Assembly (NCBI GenBank): GCA_902599335.1
Contig: CACKFA010000005.1
Coordinates: forward strand, 39,420-103,419
DNA length: 64,000 nt
Source of the DNA: an uncultured Pelagibacteraceae bacterium
GTDB lineage: Bacteria > Pseudomonadota > Alphaproteobacteria > Pelagibacterales > Pelagibacteraceae
Direction: 5' to 3'
Shown: positions 40,475 to 52,792 of the stretch, piece by piece
How the letters are laid out: the number at the start of each line of letters is the position of its first letter
How positions within the stretch are numbered: the first letter of the stretch is position 1
Made by a program: the position numbers and the translations under genes
The notes under the pieces: generated by a model
What the model was told of the DNA's origin: nothing
Databases searched by the model: none
Seen by the model: the letters and a program-made list of their open reading frames with translations, nothing else

Positions 40475-43138
40475 TTATTTTTTATTTTTAAGATCAGCTT
40501 GCGCTGCAGCTAATCTTGCAACTGGGACTCGATAGGGTGAACAAGAAACATAGTTTAAACCTGCTTTTGAGCAAAAAAATATACTATTTGGATCTCCACC
40601 ATGTTCTCCACAAATTCCTAATTTTAAATTTTTATTTTGTTTCCTTCCTTTTTCAACTGCTATTTCAACTAAATCAGATACACCTTCATCAATTGAAACA
40701 AACGGATCAACTGAAAATATTTTATTCTCTAGATAATCATTCAAAAATTTTCCACTATCATCTCTACTTATTCCAAAAGTAGTTTGCGTTAAATCATTGG
40801 TTCCAAAGCTAAAAAATTCAGCATGCTTGGCAATTTCCTTTGCTTTAATTGCAGCTCTGGGTAATTCAATCATAGTACCTACTAGAAACTCAATTTTTAA
40901 TTTATGTTCTTTCTGAACTTTGCTTGCAGTTCTAATTACTAAATCTTTCATAATTTTTATCTCAGCCTCTGTTGACACTAAAGGAATCATTATTTCTGGA
41001 AAAGCTGATTTAATTTTATTTTTTTTAAGTTCTGCTAAAGCTTCAAATATTGCTCTACATTGCATTTCATAAATTTCAGGAAATGAAATTCCCAGCCGAC
41101 AACCTCTATGACCTAACATTGGATTTTGTTCATGTAGCTCATCAATTCTTGACTCAATCTCTTTAACTGAAATATTAACTATATTAGCAACTTCACTAAT
41201 TTCCTTGTTTGTACGAGGCAAAAATTCGTGCAATGGTGGGTCCAGCAATCTAACTGTAACTGGTAATCCACTCATAATTTTAAAAATATCAATAAAATCT
41301 TTTCTTTGATGTGGCAATAGTTTCTCTAATGCTATTGCTCTATCTTCTTTTGTTTTTGATAATATCATTTCTCTTACAGACAAAATTCGTTCTTCATCAA
41401 AAAACATATGTTCAGTTCTACATAGTCCGATACCTTCTGCACCAAAGTCTTTTGCTGTTTTGGTATCTTTTGGTGTCTCAGAATTTGTTCTTACTTTTAA
41501 TTTTCTAAAACTATCAGCCCAAAACATTAATTTCGAAAAATCACCAGATATTTCAGGTTTCACAGTTGAAACACTTCCAGCAATAATTCTTCCTGTTGAG
41601 CCATCTATAGTAATAATATCGCCTTCTTTAATCTCAATTGAAGAAGTTTTAAAAGATTTATTTTCGTAGTTTATATCAATTTCACTTGATCCTGATACAC
41701 ATGGTCTGCCCATACCTCTAGCCACAACAGCTGCATGACTTGTCATTCCTCCTCTAGAAGTCAAAATTCCTTTAGCGGCATGCATTCCTTGTATATCTTC
41801 TGGAGAGGTCTCTACTCTTACCAAAATAGTATCTTGCATCATTGCAGTTAGTCTTTCAGCCTCCTCTGATGTAAATACAACTTTACCACTGGCTGCACCT
41901 GGTGATGCTGGCAATCCATTTGCTATTACATTAATTGAACTTTTTTCGTCTAAAGTCGGGTGCAAAAGTGTATCCAGAGAGTTTGGATCAATTCTTAATA
42001 CGGCTTCTTTTTTAGAAATCAATTTTTCTTTAACCATATCAACTGCAATTTTGACTGCAGATTTTGCTGTTCTTTTTCCTGATCTTGTTTGAAGCATCCA
42101 TAGTTTATTGCTTTCGACTGTAAACTCTACGTCTTGCATATCCTTATAATGCATCTCTAATTTTTTTAAAATTTTTTGAAGTTCTTTAAAGACTTTTGGC
42201 ATAGACTCTTCCATCGATAATTCTTTTACTTTAGCATCTTGTCTAGCTTTTTTTGTGATGTATTGAGGGGTTCTTGTGCCCGCAACAACATCTTCTCCTT
42301 GTGCATTAATTAAATACTCACCATATATTTCATTTGATCCATCTGATGGATTTCTTGTAAACACAACTCCTGTTGCACAATCATTACCCATATTTCCAAA
42401 TACCATAGATTGAACATTTACTGCAGTTCCCCACTCAGCTGGTATTTGATTTATTTTTCTATAAACTTTTGCTCTATTGCTTTCCCAAGATAAAAATACT
42501 GCACTTATTGCTCCTAGTAATTGTTTGAAAACATCTTGTGGAAAATCTTTTTTAGCCTTTTCTTTAACTGTCTTTTTGAAATCTTCAATTAATCCATCCC
42601 AATCACTTTCATCTAAATCCGTATCTAACAAAACGCCTTTTGTAAGTTTATAATTCTCAATTAGTTCCTCAAAGTGATAACTTTCAACACCCATTACTAC
42701 ATTTCCATACATTTGTATGAACCTTCTATAACTGTCTTTAGCAAATCTTCCATTAGAAGTTTTAATTGCTAAAGCTTTGACTGTTTTATCGTTCAAACCC
42801 AGATTTAGAATAGTATCCATCATGCCTGGCATTGATACTCTTGCGCCAGACCGCACAGACAACAAAAGTGGTTTTTTTAAGTCCCCAAATTTCTTAGAAA
42901 CATCTTTTTCGATTAATTTTAATTCTTTTTTAATTTGTGAAATTAAATTTTTATTTAATTTTTTTTTATCCTTATAAAAAATTTCACAAACTTTTGTAGA
43001 TATTGTAAAACCAGGAGGCACTGGAAGACCCATTCTTCCCATTTCAGAAAGATTGGCACCCTTTCCTCCTAAAAAGTTTTTAGGATTTTTAATTTTTTTA
43101 CTATCCTTAGAATTAAAGTTTAATATAAGTTTTTTCAT
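40475..43138 (-). CDS. ppdK: Pyruvate, phosphate dikinase
   Basis: LGGKGANL, SVRSGA, GGMTSHAAVVARG, GIGLCRTEHM. Confidence 0.97.
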   Translation of the reverse strand: MKKLILNFNSKDSKKIKNPKNFLGGKGANLSEMGRMGLPVPPGFTISTKVCEIFYKDKKKLNKNLISQIKKELKLIEKDVSKKFGDLKKPLLLSVRSGARVSMPGMMDTILNLGLNDKTVKALAIKTSNGRFAKDSYRRFIQMYGNVVMGVESYHFEELIENYKLTKGVLLDTDLDESDWDGLIEDFKKTVKEKAKKDFPQDVFKQLLGAISAVFLSWESNRAKVYRKINQIPAEWGTAVNVQSMVFGNMGNDCATGVVFTRNPSDGSNEIYGEYLINAQGEDVVAGTRTPQYITKKARQDAKVKELSMEESMPKVFKELQKILKKLEMHYKDMQDVEFTVESNKLWMLQTRSGKRTAKSAVKIAVDMVKEKLISKKEAVLRIDPNSLDTLLHPTLDEKSSINVIANGLPASPGAASGKVVFTSEEAERLTAMMQDTILVRVETSPEDIQGMHAAKGILTSRGGMTSHAAVVARGMGRPCVSGSSEIDINYENKSFKTSSIEIKEGDIITIDGSTGRIIAGSVSTVKPEISGDFSKLMFWADSFRKLKVRTNSETPKDTKTAKDFGAEGIGLCRTEHMFFDEERILSVREMILSKTKEDRAIALEKLLPHQRKDFIDIFKIMSGLPVTVRLLDPPLHEFLPRTNKEISEVANIVNISVKEIESRIDELHEQNPMLGHRGCRLGISFPEIYEMQCRAIFEALAELKKNKIKSAFPEIMIPLVSTEAEIKIMKDLVIRTASKVQKEHKLKIEFLVGTMIELPRAAIKAKEIAKHAEFFSFGTNDLTQTTFGISRDDSGKFLNDYLENKIFSVDPFVSIDEGVSDLVEIAVEKGRKQNKNLKLGICGEHGGDPNSIFFCSKAGLNYVSCSPYRVPVARLAAAQADLKNKK

Positions 43139-45204
43139 TAATGGGGGTCGATTAGGGAAAAATTAACATAAATGTTGAACGTTTTACACATCATTTGGAT
43201 AAGTTCCAGCCTATTTTTCTTTATGACCGGATTATCTTCGTTCACAATTACATTATCAAAAAAGTCAAAAACCTCTCTTTTGATGCTAGCTAGATTGTGC
43301 AATGTTTGAACATAATTTTCATCTTTATTAATGCCCAAAAAATATTTCCTTAATTCACTAATTTTTTTAAATAAGTTTTTTTCTAACTCAGTTTTAAAAA
43401 TACCAGGATCAGTTGTATTTGATAATTCTATTTTATCATTTTTTAATTCACCATCTAAAATGTTCGAGGCTCGTTTATAGCTTGCAATAATATCTAAACC
43501 ATCTGGTTTGTTAATTATCTTATTTAAATGTTTGGCTTTATTAAAAATAATAACGGATTGATCTAAGTTAAAAGAACTGGTTGATGCTTGGATAATATCA
43601 TTTCTAATATTTTCTTCCTTCATGTGATATTTTAATCTATCCATTAAAAAATCTGATAATTCATTTTGTAAAGATTGGTTATCAATTTCAAAACCTTGAT
43701 CTAAATACAGGCTTGAAGAATAATTAATTAGATCTTTTATTTTAAAATCTTTTTTATTTTCAATTATTATTCTTATTACTCCTAATGCTAATCTTCTTAG
43801 AGCATATGGATCTTTAGAGCTTGTTGGCTTTTGATTTAAACCAAAAAAACCAACTAAAGTATCTATCTTATCAGCCAAAGAAAGAGCTATACTAAATGGT
43901 TTTTTTGGAACTCTTGAGCCAGAACCTGTAGGTAAATATTGCTCACTTATAGCCAAAGCCAAATCTTTATCAAAACCTTGTGCAACAGCAAAATAACCTC
44001 CCATCACACCTTGGAGTTCTGGGAATTCACCCACTAGTTCTGATAATAAATCAACTTTACAAATTGATGCTGATAATTCAACTTTTTCTTTACTGATTAA
44101 AAGTTCATCTGATATCATTCCACCCAATTTTCTCATTCTTTGGGCTTTATCAAAATAACTTCCTAATCCTTTAAAATAATTCATTGATTTTAAATCAGTA
44201 ACTTTTTTAACCATATTTTGTGATTTATCTTTTTTCCAAAAAAATTCTGCATCACTTAATCTTGCTTCAACCACTCTTTCATTTCCTAATTTAATTAATC
44301 CCTTTTTGTCTTTTTTGTTTGCAACAACTAAAAACTCATTGGTAATATTTTCTTTATTATCAAATATAGGAAAATATTTTTGATGGTATTGCATGGTAAT
44401 AATTAATATTTCTTTTGGAATATTTAAAAATTTCTTATCAAATTCACAAAGAAGGATATTTGGTTGATCTGTTAAATCTACAACCTCATTAAGTAATCTA
44501 GGATTATGTTGAATCTTAATATTTTTATTTTTTAATATATTGTTAAATTTTTTTTCTATTAACTTTTTTCTTTCGTTGTGATCAACGATAATGTCAATTT
44601 TTTTAAAAAAACTTTTATAATTTTTAAATTCTAAGAATGACTTTTTATTTTCCTCAAATTCTTTATCAATAAAAGTTGAGTTAGAAGATGTTAAGTGATG
44701 AAAATTAAAATTTAATTTTTTTTTATCAAATACAGCTAGAATTGATTTTAACGGTCTACCCCAATTTAGGTCAAAAGTTCCCCAATACATTGATTTTTTC
44801 CATTGAATTTTACTTAACAATATTGGGATAAATTCCTCCAGCAATTCATGAGTGTGCAATTTTTTTGATTTTGTCTTGAAAAAATAAAATTCTCCTTTGT
44901 CTGTATTCTTTTGGTAAAGATCCTTTTTAACGATTTTATTTGACCTAAGAAACCCCTCAAGTGCTACCTCTGGTGACTTGATATTTGGACCTTTAATCTC
45001 CTTGGATTTTAGTACAACATTTTTTTGAACACCTTCAAACAATACCACTAGTCTGTTTGGTGTTGAGTATGATGAGCTTTTTTTAAATAAAATTGATTTT
45101 TCTAAAAAAAAATCATTAAAATTTTTAAGTAAATCTTCCCTTAAATTTTGTTGAAGATTTGAAGGTATTTCTTCACTAAATAGTTCTAAAAAAAACTCTG
45201 ACAT
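43138..45204 (-). CDS. glyS: Glycine-tRNA ligase beta subunit
   Basis: LELFSEEIP, EFPELQG, KDPYALRR. Confidence 0.95.
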   Translation of the reverse strand: MSEFFLELFSEEIPSNLQQNLREDLLKNFNDFFLEKSILFKKSSSYSTPNRLVVLFEGVQKNVVLKSKEIKGPNIKSPEVALEGFLRSNKIVKKDLYQKNTDKGEFYFFKTKSKKLHTHELLEEFIPILLSKIQWKKSMYWGTFDLNWGRPLKSILAVFDKKKLNFNFHHLTSSNSTFIDKEFEENKKSFLEFKNYKSFFKKIDIIVDHNERKKLIEKKFNNILKNKNIKIQHNPRLLNEVVDLTDQPNILLCEFDKKFLNIPKEILIITMQYHQKYFPIFDNKENITNEFLVVANKKDKKGLIKLGNERVVEARLSDAEFFWKKDKSQNMVKKVTDLKSMNYFKGLGSYFDKAQRMRKLGGMISDELLISKEKVELSASICKVDLLSELVGEFPELQGVMGGYFAVAQGFDKDLALAISEQYLPTGSGSRVPKKPFSIALSLADKIDTLVGFFGLNQKPTSSKDPYALRRLALGVIRIIIENKKDFKIKDLINYSSSLYLDQGFEIDNQSLQNELSDFLMDRLKYHMKEENIRNDIIQASTSSFNLDQSVIIFNKAKHLNKIINKPDGLDIIASYKRASNILDGELKNDKIELSNTTDPGIFKTELEKNLFKKISELRKYFLGINKDENYVQTLHNLASIKREVFDFFDNVIVNEDNPVIKKNRLELIQMMCKTFNIYVNFSLIDPH

Positions 45205-46085
45205 TATTTTTGACTATCTAACCAAACGCCTGCTGCAGATTTTGTAATATCTCTTATCCTAGCAATATAACCTGCTCTTTGTGCAACACTGATTGCGCCC
45301 CTTGCATCTAAAATATTAAACACATGACTAGCTTTTAAACATTGATCATATGCTGGTAGAGAAACTTTTTTTTGTACCAAATCTTTTGCCTCGGACTCAT
45401 GCATTTCAAACATTTTCAAAAGTGTTTCTACATTCGCATGTTCAAAATTGTATGCTGAAAATTCTTTTTCGGCTTGATGAAATACTTCGTGATATTTTAC
45501 ACCTTCATCATTCCACAATAAATCATAAACGTTTTTTTCTTTTTGAGTGAACATGCAAATTCTTTCTAAACCATAAGTGATTTCAACTGATACAGGTTTA
45601 CAATCAAATCCAGCCATTTGTTGAAAATAGGTGAATTGAGTAATTTCCATTCCATCACACCATACTTCCCATCCCAATCCTGCAGCACCTAATGTTGGAC
45701 TTTCCCAATCATCTTCAACAAACCTTATATCATGATCATTATGATCAATTCCTATAGTAGATAAACTATTTAAATAAAGTTTTTTTATATTTTCAGGGGA
45801 AGGTTTAATTAAAACTTGAAATTGATAATAGTGTTGCAACCTGTTTGGATTATCTCCATATCTTCCATCTGTAGGTCTTCTTGATGGTTGTACGTAAGCT
45901 GCTTTCCATGGTTTATTTCCAAGTGATCTTAGGGTAGTAGCTGGATGAAAAGTTCCTGCACCAACCTCCATATCATAAGGCTGAAGAATAACACATCCTT
46001 TTTTACTCCAAAATTTCTGAAGATTTAAAATTGTATCTTGGAATGTTTGAGTTTTATTTTTTTCTTTTTTTGCTTTAGAAACCAT
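45204..46085 (-). CDS. glyQ: Glycine-tRNA ligase alpha subunit
   Basis: [28 protein letters not shown]. Start probably 46085. Confidence 0.95.
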   Translation of the reverse strand: MVSKAKKEKNKTQTFQDTILNLQKFWSKKGCVILQPYDMEVGAGTFHPATTLRSLGNKPWKAAYVQPSRRPTDGRYGDNPNRLQHYYQFQVLIKPSPENIKKLYLNSLSTIGIDHNDHDIRFVEDDWESPTLGAAGLGWEVWCDGMEITQFTYFQQMAGFDCKPVSVEITYGLERICMFTQKEKNVYDLLWNDEGVKYHEVFHQAEKEFSAYNFEHANVETLLKMFEMHESEAKDLVQKKVSLPAYDQCLKASHVFNILDARGAISVAQRAGYIARIRDITKSAAGVWLDSQK

Positions 46086-46881
46086 ATCTTTGCCAAATTG
46101 ATCTTTCATCTAAAATACTTGCTATTTGATCTACTTGATTGTTGGATGAAGAAAGTTTTTGACTTAACCATCCTTTTGATTTTTCAAATTTTTTAATAAT
46201 TACATCTTCACCAAATTTATCTTTTAATATTTCATGTGCGTTACCTATTCCGTCAATCAATCCTAAATTTTTTGCTTTACTACCTGACCAAAACTCACCT
46301 GAAAAAAGTTCTACATCAGATTTGTTTAATTTTGATCCTCTGCTTTTTTCAACAACATCTATAAAGTCTTTATGAAGATCCAATTGAATATTTTTTAATC
46401 TTTCAATATCCTCGTTTTTTTCTTCTAAAAATGGATCAAGTGTGCTTTTGTTTTTGCCAGCAGTATGAACTCTTCTTTCAACTCCAATTTTTTTTATCAA
46501 CTCAGTAAATCCAAAAGAAGAATATATCACTCCTATAGATCCAATTATTGAACTTGAATTTGCATAAATTTCGTCCCCAGCACAAGAAATTAAATAACCC
46601 CCGGAAGCTGCTACATCTTCAGCAAATACAATAACTTTTTTTTTGTGTTTTTTTGCTTGTTGTCTAATAAAATTGTAGATTAAATGAGATTGAACTGGTG
46701 ATCCTCCTGGAGAATTGATTGATATAGCAACACATGCCGCTTTTTTCAGAGAAAAAGCCTTTTTAATTAGTTCTTCTTGACCTGCAAAATCAATACCTTG
46801 TTTAAATTTTCCTGCATTTCCAATAACCCCACTTAACTTTAAGTGAGCAACGATTTTTTTCTTTTTAAAAAAAGAGAACAT
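46075..46881 (-). CDS. S49 family peptidase (SppA/SohB-like)
   Basis: [19 protein letters not shown]. Confidence 0.9.
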   Translation of the reverse strand: MFSFFKKKKIVAHLKLSGVIGNAGKFKQGIDFAGQEELIKKAFSLKKAACVAISINSPGGSPVQSHLIYNFIRQQAKKHKKKVIVFAEDVAASGGYLISCAGDEIYANSSSIIGSIGVIYSSFGFTELIKKIGVERRVHTAGKNKSTLDPFLEEKNEDIERLKNIQLDLHKDFIDVVEKSRGSKLNKSDVELFSGEFWSGSKAKNLGLIDGIGNAHEILKDKFGEDVIIKKFEKSKGWLSQKLSSSNNQVDQIASILDERSIWQRYGF

Positions 46882-46995
46882 AGGTAAGTCTTATAGAATT
46901 ATTTATTGAATATAAAGACTACTTATAATTGAAGAAACTGGTGCGTCAATTGATAAGTAATATATATAAACAAATTATACTAATTTAAAAATGTT

Positions 46996-48009
46996 ATGGG
47001 AACAGTTGTACAGCTTAAAAATCAGATAAATGATTCATATTTTCAACTTAAAGACTCGGTTGAAGAAAAACTAGTTTTAACCGAAGAAAAAATAAAATCA
47101 AAATTATCCAGTGACGTACAGTTGGTTCAAAAAATGACAGATTATCACATAGAAACTGGAGGAAAAAGACTAAGAGCTTTACTAACATTGGGGAGTGCAA
47201 AATTATGTGGTTACTCTAAGGGATCTAGAGATATAAATTTAGCTGCGTGTGTTGAATTAATTCACAGCGCAACGTTGATGCATGATGATGTAATTGATGA
47301 AGGCACTGTTAGAAGAGGTAAAGAAACTTTAAACAAAGTTTGGGATAATCATTCGTCAGTTTTAATAGGAGATTATCTATTGAGTAGATGTTTTGAAATG
47401 ATGGTAGAAGACGGAAACCTAGAAGTTTTGAAATTATTGTCGTCCACTTCATCTAAAATTGCTCAAGGAGAAGTTCTACAACTTCAACACAAAGGTGAAG
47501 TTGATATGCTGGAGGAAACATATTTAAAAATAATCTCAGCTAAAACTGCTGAGTTATTTGCAGCAGCAACTAAAGTTGGTGCAATTTTATCTGCTGCAGA
47601 AAATAAAGAAAAAGATGCTTTAGAATTTTATGGAAGAAACTTAGGATTAACTTTTCAAATAGCAGACGACACACTAGACTATAATGCTGAGCTCAAGCTA
47701 TTTGGTAAAAAAATTGGTCAAGATTTTTTTGAAGGAAAAATTACCTTACCAATAATTTTACTTTTTCAAAAATTAGGAAATGATGAAAAGAAAATTTTAT
47801 CAAATATGTTTAAAAAAAAGTTTAGAACAAAAGATGACTTTAATGAAATTATTGCTCTTATAAATAAATATAAAATAATTCAGGAATGCTATCAAAAAGC
47901 ACAGCACTATATAAATTTAGCCTCAAATTCTCTAAGTGTATTTAAAGATTCTGAAGAAAAAAATATTCTTAAAAGATTAACATCATTTAGTTTAACAAGA
48001 AATTTTTAA
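46996..48009 (+). CDS. ispB: Long-chain polyprenyl diphosphate synthase
   Basis: GGKRLR, HDDVID, ADDTLD, GKITLP. Confidence 0.9.
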   Translation: MGTVVQLKNQINDSYFQLKDSVEEKLVLTEEKIKSKLSSDVQLVQKMTDYHIETGGKRLRALLTLGSAKLCGYSKGSRDINLAACVELIHSATLMHDDVIDEGTVRRGKETLNKVWDNHSSVLIGDYLLSRCFEMMVEDGNLEVLKLLSSTSSKIAQGEVLQLQHKGEVDMLEETYLKIISAKTAELFAAATKVGAILSAAENKEKDALEFYGRNLGLTFQIADDTLDYNAELKLFGKKIGQDFFEGKITLPIILLFQKLGNDEKKILSNMFKKKFRTKDDFNEIIALINKYKIIQECYQKAQHYINLASNSLSVFKDSEEKNILKRLTSFSLTRNF

Positions 48010-48632
48010 GGACTTAATAAAGACTTTTTCCACTTCCCGGAGTTATCTTTATTATATTTTAATCTCTCGTGGATTCTGTTCTCACCATCTAGCCAAAATT
48101 CAATACTATCTGGAGATAAAATCCATCCAGACCAGTGACTTGGTCTTGGTACATCTGATTTGTTGCTATATTTTTTTTTGTAATCTTGTATAGATTTTAA
48201 CAATTGTTCTCGCGAATTTAATTCTTCACTTTGCTTAGAAGCCCATGCTCCTATCCGACTTTCATATGCTCTAGATGAATAATATTCATCTGCAACCTGA
48301 TCAGAAACTAATGACACCTTTCCATTAATTCTTATTTGTCTTAGCAGACTTTTCCAATGGAAACACATCGCGGCATACGGATTTTCTTTTAATTCATTTC
48401 CCTTTTGACTATTTAAATTTGTATAAAATACAAATCCATCTTTATTGAAATCTTTAAGTAAAACCATTCTAACTGAAGGAATGTTATTTTTATCTGATGT
48501 GGCCAAAGCAACAGCGTTTGGATCATTTGGCTCAGTTTTCTTTGCTTCCTCCATCCATTCATGAAATAAATGAATTGGATCATCTATATCAAGAAAGCAA
48601 CTATTAAGACCTAAAGAGTTTTTTTGATTCAT
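48006..48632 (-). CDS. pdxH: Pyridoxine/pyridoxamine 5'-phosphate oxidase
   Basis: RMVLLK, FYTN, SRIGAWAS, IEFW, RIHERL. Confidence 0.95.
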   Translation of the reverse strand: MNQKNSLGLNSCFLDIDDPIHLFHEWMEEAKKTEPNDPNAVALATSDKNNIPSVRMVLLKDFNKDGFVFYTNLNSQKGNELKENPYAAMCFHWKSLLRQIRINGKVSLVSDQVADEYYSSRAYESRIGAWASKQSEELNSREQLLKSIQDYKKKYSNKSDVPRPSHWSGWILSPDSIEFWLDGENRIHERLKYNKDNSGKWKKSLLSP

Positions 48633-48665
48633 AATTTAAACAAAATAATCTATATAATATAAATA

Positions 48666-49748
48666 ATGTCATTTAATACTTTTGGAAAGCTATTTCGTTT
48701 CACAACTTGGGGAGAGTCTCATGGACCTGCAATTGGTTGTATTGTTGATGGTTGTCCTCCAAACATAAATCTTAAAGAGCAAGATATTCAAATAGAATTA
48801 GACAAAAGAAAACCAGGACAATCTAAATTTACAACTCAGAGAAAAGAGGATGATAAAGTTCAAATATTGTCAGGTGTATTTGAGGGTAAAACTACAGGAA
48901 CACCTATTTCTCTAATAATCTATAACAAAGATATGAGATCTAAAGATTATAGTAATATTAAAGATAAGTTCAGACCAGGTCATGCAGATTTTACTTATTT
49001 TAAAAAATATGGAATTAGAGACTATAGAGGTGGTGGCAGATCTTCTGCTAGAGAAACTGCAGCACGAGTTGCGGCCGGCGCTATAGCAAAAGTTGTGCTT
49101 CAAAAAAAATTAGGTAAAAAATTTAAAGTAATTGGTGCAGTAACTCAGCTAGGAATTCTTGGATGTGATACAAATCAATGGAACGATAAAGTAATTTCAA
49201 AAAATCCATTTTTTTGTCCAGATAAATCAATGATTAAATTATGGGAAAAATATTTGCTTGGTGTAAGAAAATCAGGATCCTCATGTGGAGCAGTGATTGA
49301 AATAAGAGCAAGAGGTATCCCGGTTGGTTTAGGTGCTCCAATTTATTCAAAATTGGATACTGACATAGCTTCAGGTCTAATGAGTATTAATGCAGTTAAA
49401 GGTGTAGATATTGGTGCAGGAATGAACTCAGCACAATTAAGTGGAGAACAAAATTCAGATGAAATTTCTTCAAAAGGAAATAAATTAAAATTCAATTCAA
49501 ATAAAGCGGGTGGAATTCTTGGTGGAATTTCTACGGGCCAAGAAATTATTGCATCTTTTGCTGTAAAACCAACATCTTCAATTTTAACTAGTAGAAAAAC
49601 TATAAATAAATTTGGGAAAAATACTTCAATATCTGTTAAAGGTAGACATGATCCTTGTGTAGGAATTAGAGCTGTACCAATTGGTGAAGCTATGATGAAC
49701 TGTGTTTTACTTGACCACTACTTAATGAATAAAGCCCAATGTAGTTAG
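48666..49748 (+). CDS. aroC: Chorismate synthase
   Basis: GESHG, RPGHAD, RSSARET, RHDPC. Confidence 0.97.
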   Translation: MSFNTFGKLFRFTTWGESHGPAIGCIVDGCPPNINLKEQDIQIELDKRKPGQSKFTTQRKEDDKVQILSGVFEGKTTGTPISLIIYNKDMRSKDYSNIKDKFRPGHADFTYFKKYGIRDYRGGGRSSARETAARVAAGAIAKVVLQKKLGKKFKVIGAVTQLGILGCDTNQWNDKVISKNPFFCPDKSMIKLWEKYLLGVRKSGSSCGAVIEIRARGIPVGLGAPIYSKLDTDIASGLMSINAVKGVDIGAGMNSAQLSGEQNSDEISSKGNKLKFNSNKAGGILGGISTGQEIIASFAVKPTSSILTSRKTINKFGKNTSISVKGRHDPCVGIRAVPIGEAMMNCVLLDHYLMNKAQCS

Positions 49749-49754
49749 GTTAAA

Positions 49755-51671
49755 TTAATTTTTCACAACTCTTATTGTTTCCTTTTGAAACAAAATATCA
49801 GCAATTTTCTTGGAAATTTGAGAACTGTTTAATCCAGCTTTATCATACATTTTTTTTGGATCATTTTGTTCAATAAATTCATCTGGTAAAGTCATTGATC
49901 TAAATTTTAAACCTTTATCAAATACTCCTCTTTCAGCTAATAAATTTTTAACATGAGAAGCAAAACCACCTATTGATCCCTCTTCAATAGTTATAATGAG
50001 CTCATGTTCCTTAGCAGATTTTAATATAAGTTCTTCATCTAAAGGCTTAGCAAATCTGGCGTCTATCAAAGTTGTTGAAACTCCTTTTGCTTTTAATTCC
50101 TCTACAGCTAGCTTGCACTCCTCAAGTCGAGTACCGAGGTTTAAAATACAAACTTGTGTCCCTTGTTGAACGACTCTCCCTTTACCAATTTCAATTTTTT
50201 CGTCTATTGGTGGGAGGTCAACACCTACTCCGGTTCCTCTTGGATATCTAATTGCAGAAGGTCTGTCATTTATATCTACTGAAGTATTAATCATTTTAAC
50301 AAGTTCAGCTTCATCACTTGCTGCCATTACTACAAAGTTAGGTAAAGTTGATAAGTAAGTTATATCAAATGATCCTGCATGTGTTGATCCATCAGCACCA
50401 ACTAATCCTGCTCTATCTATAGCAAATCTAACTGGTAAACTTTGAATGGCAACATCGTGGACAACTTGATCATATGCTCTCTGTAAAAATGTAGAGTAAA
50501 TTGCAGCATATGGTTTGTATCCTTCGGTTGCGAGACCAGCTGCAAAAGTTACAGCATGTTGTTCTGCTATTCCTACATCAAACATTCTATTTGGAAACTC
50601 ATTTCCAAAAATATCCATACCAGTCCCTCCGGGCATCGCTGCTGTTATTCCTACTATTTTGCTATCTTTTTTGGCATGTTTAACTAACGTGTTTGCAAAT
50701 ACTTTTGTATAAGCTGGAAGGTTTGATTTGCTCTTTAATTGTTCTCCAGTCTCAACATTAAATTTTGAAACACCATGATAATGATCATTTGCTTTTTCTG
50801 CATAAGAATAACCTTTTCCTTTTTGAGTTTTGATATGAATCATTATAGGACCCTCGTGTCTTGATTCTTTTGCGTTTTTTAAAATTGGAACTAGGCTTGA
50901 TAAATCATGACCATCTATTGGACCTGCATAATAAAAACCAAGTGAACTAAACAATGTACCTCCAGTGACTGCTGAACGAAAAAAATCCTCTGCTTTTCCT
51001 GCTTTAGCACTAAATCTTTTTGAAAATGCAGATGTAATTAACTTTAAGGTTTCTCTAAGACTAAAATATATTTTACCAGTAAATAATTTTGCCAAGTAAG
51101 TTCTCATTGCTCCAACTGGTTTTGCAATTGACATGTCGTTATCATTTAAAATAACAATTATTTTTGTTTTAGATGCCCCAGCATTATTCATAGCTTCATA
51201 AGCCATACCTGCACTAATTGCTCCATCACCTATTACAGCTATTACATTGGAAGACTTATTTTCTAATTTATTTGCCTCTGCAATTCCTAATGCAGATGAG
51301 ATAGATGTTGAACTATGTGCTGCTCCAAATGGATCATACTCACTTTCAGATCTTTTTGTAAATCCTGATAAACCATCGCCCTGTCTTAAAGTTCTAATTT
51401 TATCTTTTCTTCCAGTTAAAATTTTATGTGGGTAAGATTGATGGCCAACATCCCATATTAATTTATCATTTGGGGTATCAAAAACATAATGAAGTGCAAC
51501 TGTCAATTCAACTACTCCCAAACCAGCACCTAGGTGACCTCCTGTTTCTGAAACAGCACTTATCATTTCCTCCCTCACCTCATCTGCTACTTTTTGTAAA
51601 TTATCTTCAGAAACTTTTCTTAAATCAGATGGAAAGTTGATATTATTTAAAAATTGATAATTTTTTTTCAT
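49755..51671 (-). CDS. dxs: 1-deoxy-D-xylulose-5-phosphate synthase
   Basis: [29 protein letters not shown]. Confidence 0.97.
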   Translation of the reverse strand: MKKNYQFLNNINFPSDLRKVSEDNLQKVADEVREEMISAVSETGGHLGAGLGVVELTVALHYVFDTPNDKLIWDVGHQSYPHKILTGRKDKIRTLRQGDGLSGFTKRSESEYDPFGAAHSSTSISSALGIAEANKLENKSSNVIAVIGDGAISAGMAYEAMNNAGASKTKIIVILNDNDMSIAKPVGAMRTYLAKLFTGKIYFSLRETLKLITSAFSKRFSAKAGKAEDFFRSAVTGGTLFSSLGFYYAGPIDGHDLSSLVPILKNAKESRHEGPIMIHIKTQKGKGYSYAEKANDHYHGVSKFNVETGEQLKSKSNLPAYTKVFANTLVKHAKKDSKIVGITAAMPGGTGMDIFGNEFPNRMFDVGIAEQHAVTFAAGLATEGYKPYAAIYSTFLQRAYDQVVHDVAIQSLPVRFAIDRAGLVGADGSTHAGSFDITYLSTLPNFVVMAASDEAELVKMINTSVDINDRPSAIRYPRGTGVGVDLPPIDEKIEIGKGRVVQQGTQVCILNLGTRLEECKLAVEELKAKGVSTTLIDARFAKPLDEELILKSAKEHELIITIEEGSIGGFASHVKNLLAERGVFDKGLKFRSMTLPDEFIEQNDPKKMYDKAGLNSSQISKKIADILFQKETIRVVKN

Positions 51672-52540
51672 TTTTTTCTATTCAATATATAGCCTAATGT
51701 TTCATTTATTTTTTCAGATCTTGAACCATATTTTCTTAAATTATTATTAATATCTTTTATTATCTTATCACAATACTTAACTGAGTCATTATAGCCTATT
51801 AAATTTATAAGTGTTGCCTTACCTTTTTTTTGATCTTTTCCTGTTTTTTTCCCGGCTTCCTTAGATTTGCTTTTCAAATCAATTAAATCATCGGCTATTT
51901 GAAATAAAAGACCAATTTTTGATCCAATATTTTCAAAAAATTTAATTTCTTGTATAGTTTTTTTCTTAATTATTGCTGGAGCCGCACAACAAAAACTAAA
52001 CAACATTCCTGTTTTCTTTATTTCCATTTCTAATATTTTATTCCTTGATATTTTTTTTTTCTCATAGCTCAAATCTAAATATTGACCACCAGCTATTCCT
52101 AAATGACCCGAACATTCTGACAATTTTTTGATTAAGTTAATTTTTATTTTTTCATTTAATTTCAATTTAGGACTTGATAAAATTTCAAAAGCTAAAGTTA
52201 GTAATGAATTTCCTGCTAGAACTGCTGTAGACTCACCAAATTTAATATGAGTTGAAGGCTTCCCCCGTCTTATATCATCATCATCCATGCAGGGTAGATC
52301 GTCATGAATCAGTGAATAAGCATGAATACATTCAACAGCTGACCCAACTATTATCAATGTTTTATAATTAATTGAAAATAATGACCCTAAGTCAATTAAG
52401 ATTTTAGATCTTATTTTTTTTCCACCTGGAAATAAACCATACTTCATGGGTGACATTAACTGAGAATATTTCTGTGAATTAATATATTTTTTAAGAAATA
52501 TATTTGTATCTTTAGCTATTTTATTAAGCTGTTTTTTCAT
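51668..52540 (-). CDS. ispA: Farnesyl/geranyl diphosphate synthase
   Basis: [33 protein letters not shown]. Confidence 0.93.
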   Translation of the reverse strand: MKKQLNKIAKDTNIFLKKYINSQKYSQLMSPMKYGLFPGGKKIRSKILIDLGSLFSINYKTLIIVGSAVECIHAYSLIHDDLPCMDDDDIRRGKPSTHIKFGESTAVLAGNSLLTLAFEILSSPKLKLNEKIKINLIKKLSECSGHLGIAGGQYLDLSYEKKKISRNKILEMEIKKTGMLFSFCCAAPAIIKKKTIQEIKFFENIGSKIGLLFQIADDLIDLKSKSKEAGKKTGKDQKKGKATLINLIGYNDSVKYCDKIIKDINNNLRKYGSRSEKINETLGYILNRKK

Positions 52541-52772
52541 TTTTTTTAGTTATCTCTTTAATCTTTTTATTTGTCTCTTCTCCAATTGATTTAAAATTTT
52601 TATGAAATTTCTTTTCAATAATATTATTTAATTTTAAAAGTTCTTGGTAACTGTCAACTGAATTGTTTAAATTGTTTTCCTTCTCTAGAGACTCTATAAT
52701 CTTGTTTGCTTTTTCTGTAAGCTCCTCAACTGAGTACTGATCATAATCAAGTGGTAATATTTTATCTTTCAT
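52524..52772 (-). CDS. xseB: Probable exodeoxyribonuclease VII small subunit (divergent)
   Basis: 82-aa helical protein in the conserved xseB-ispA-dxs position; weak motif match. Confidence 0.6.
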   Translation of the reverse strand: MKDKILPLDYDQYSVEELTEKANKIIESLEKENNLNNSVDSYQELLKLNNIIEKKFHKNFKSIGEETNKKIKEITKKNEKTA

Positions 52773-52792
52773 ATAATAATAATTATTAATAC

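Noticed and set aside
46935-46945. AAACTGGTGCG, identical to the tRNA-Arg 3' end and flank at 55240-55250; possible att relic
   Set aside because: Only 11 bp, and the 8.3 kb between the copies is all core genes; chance cannot be excluded.
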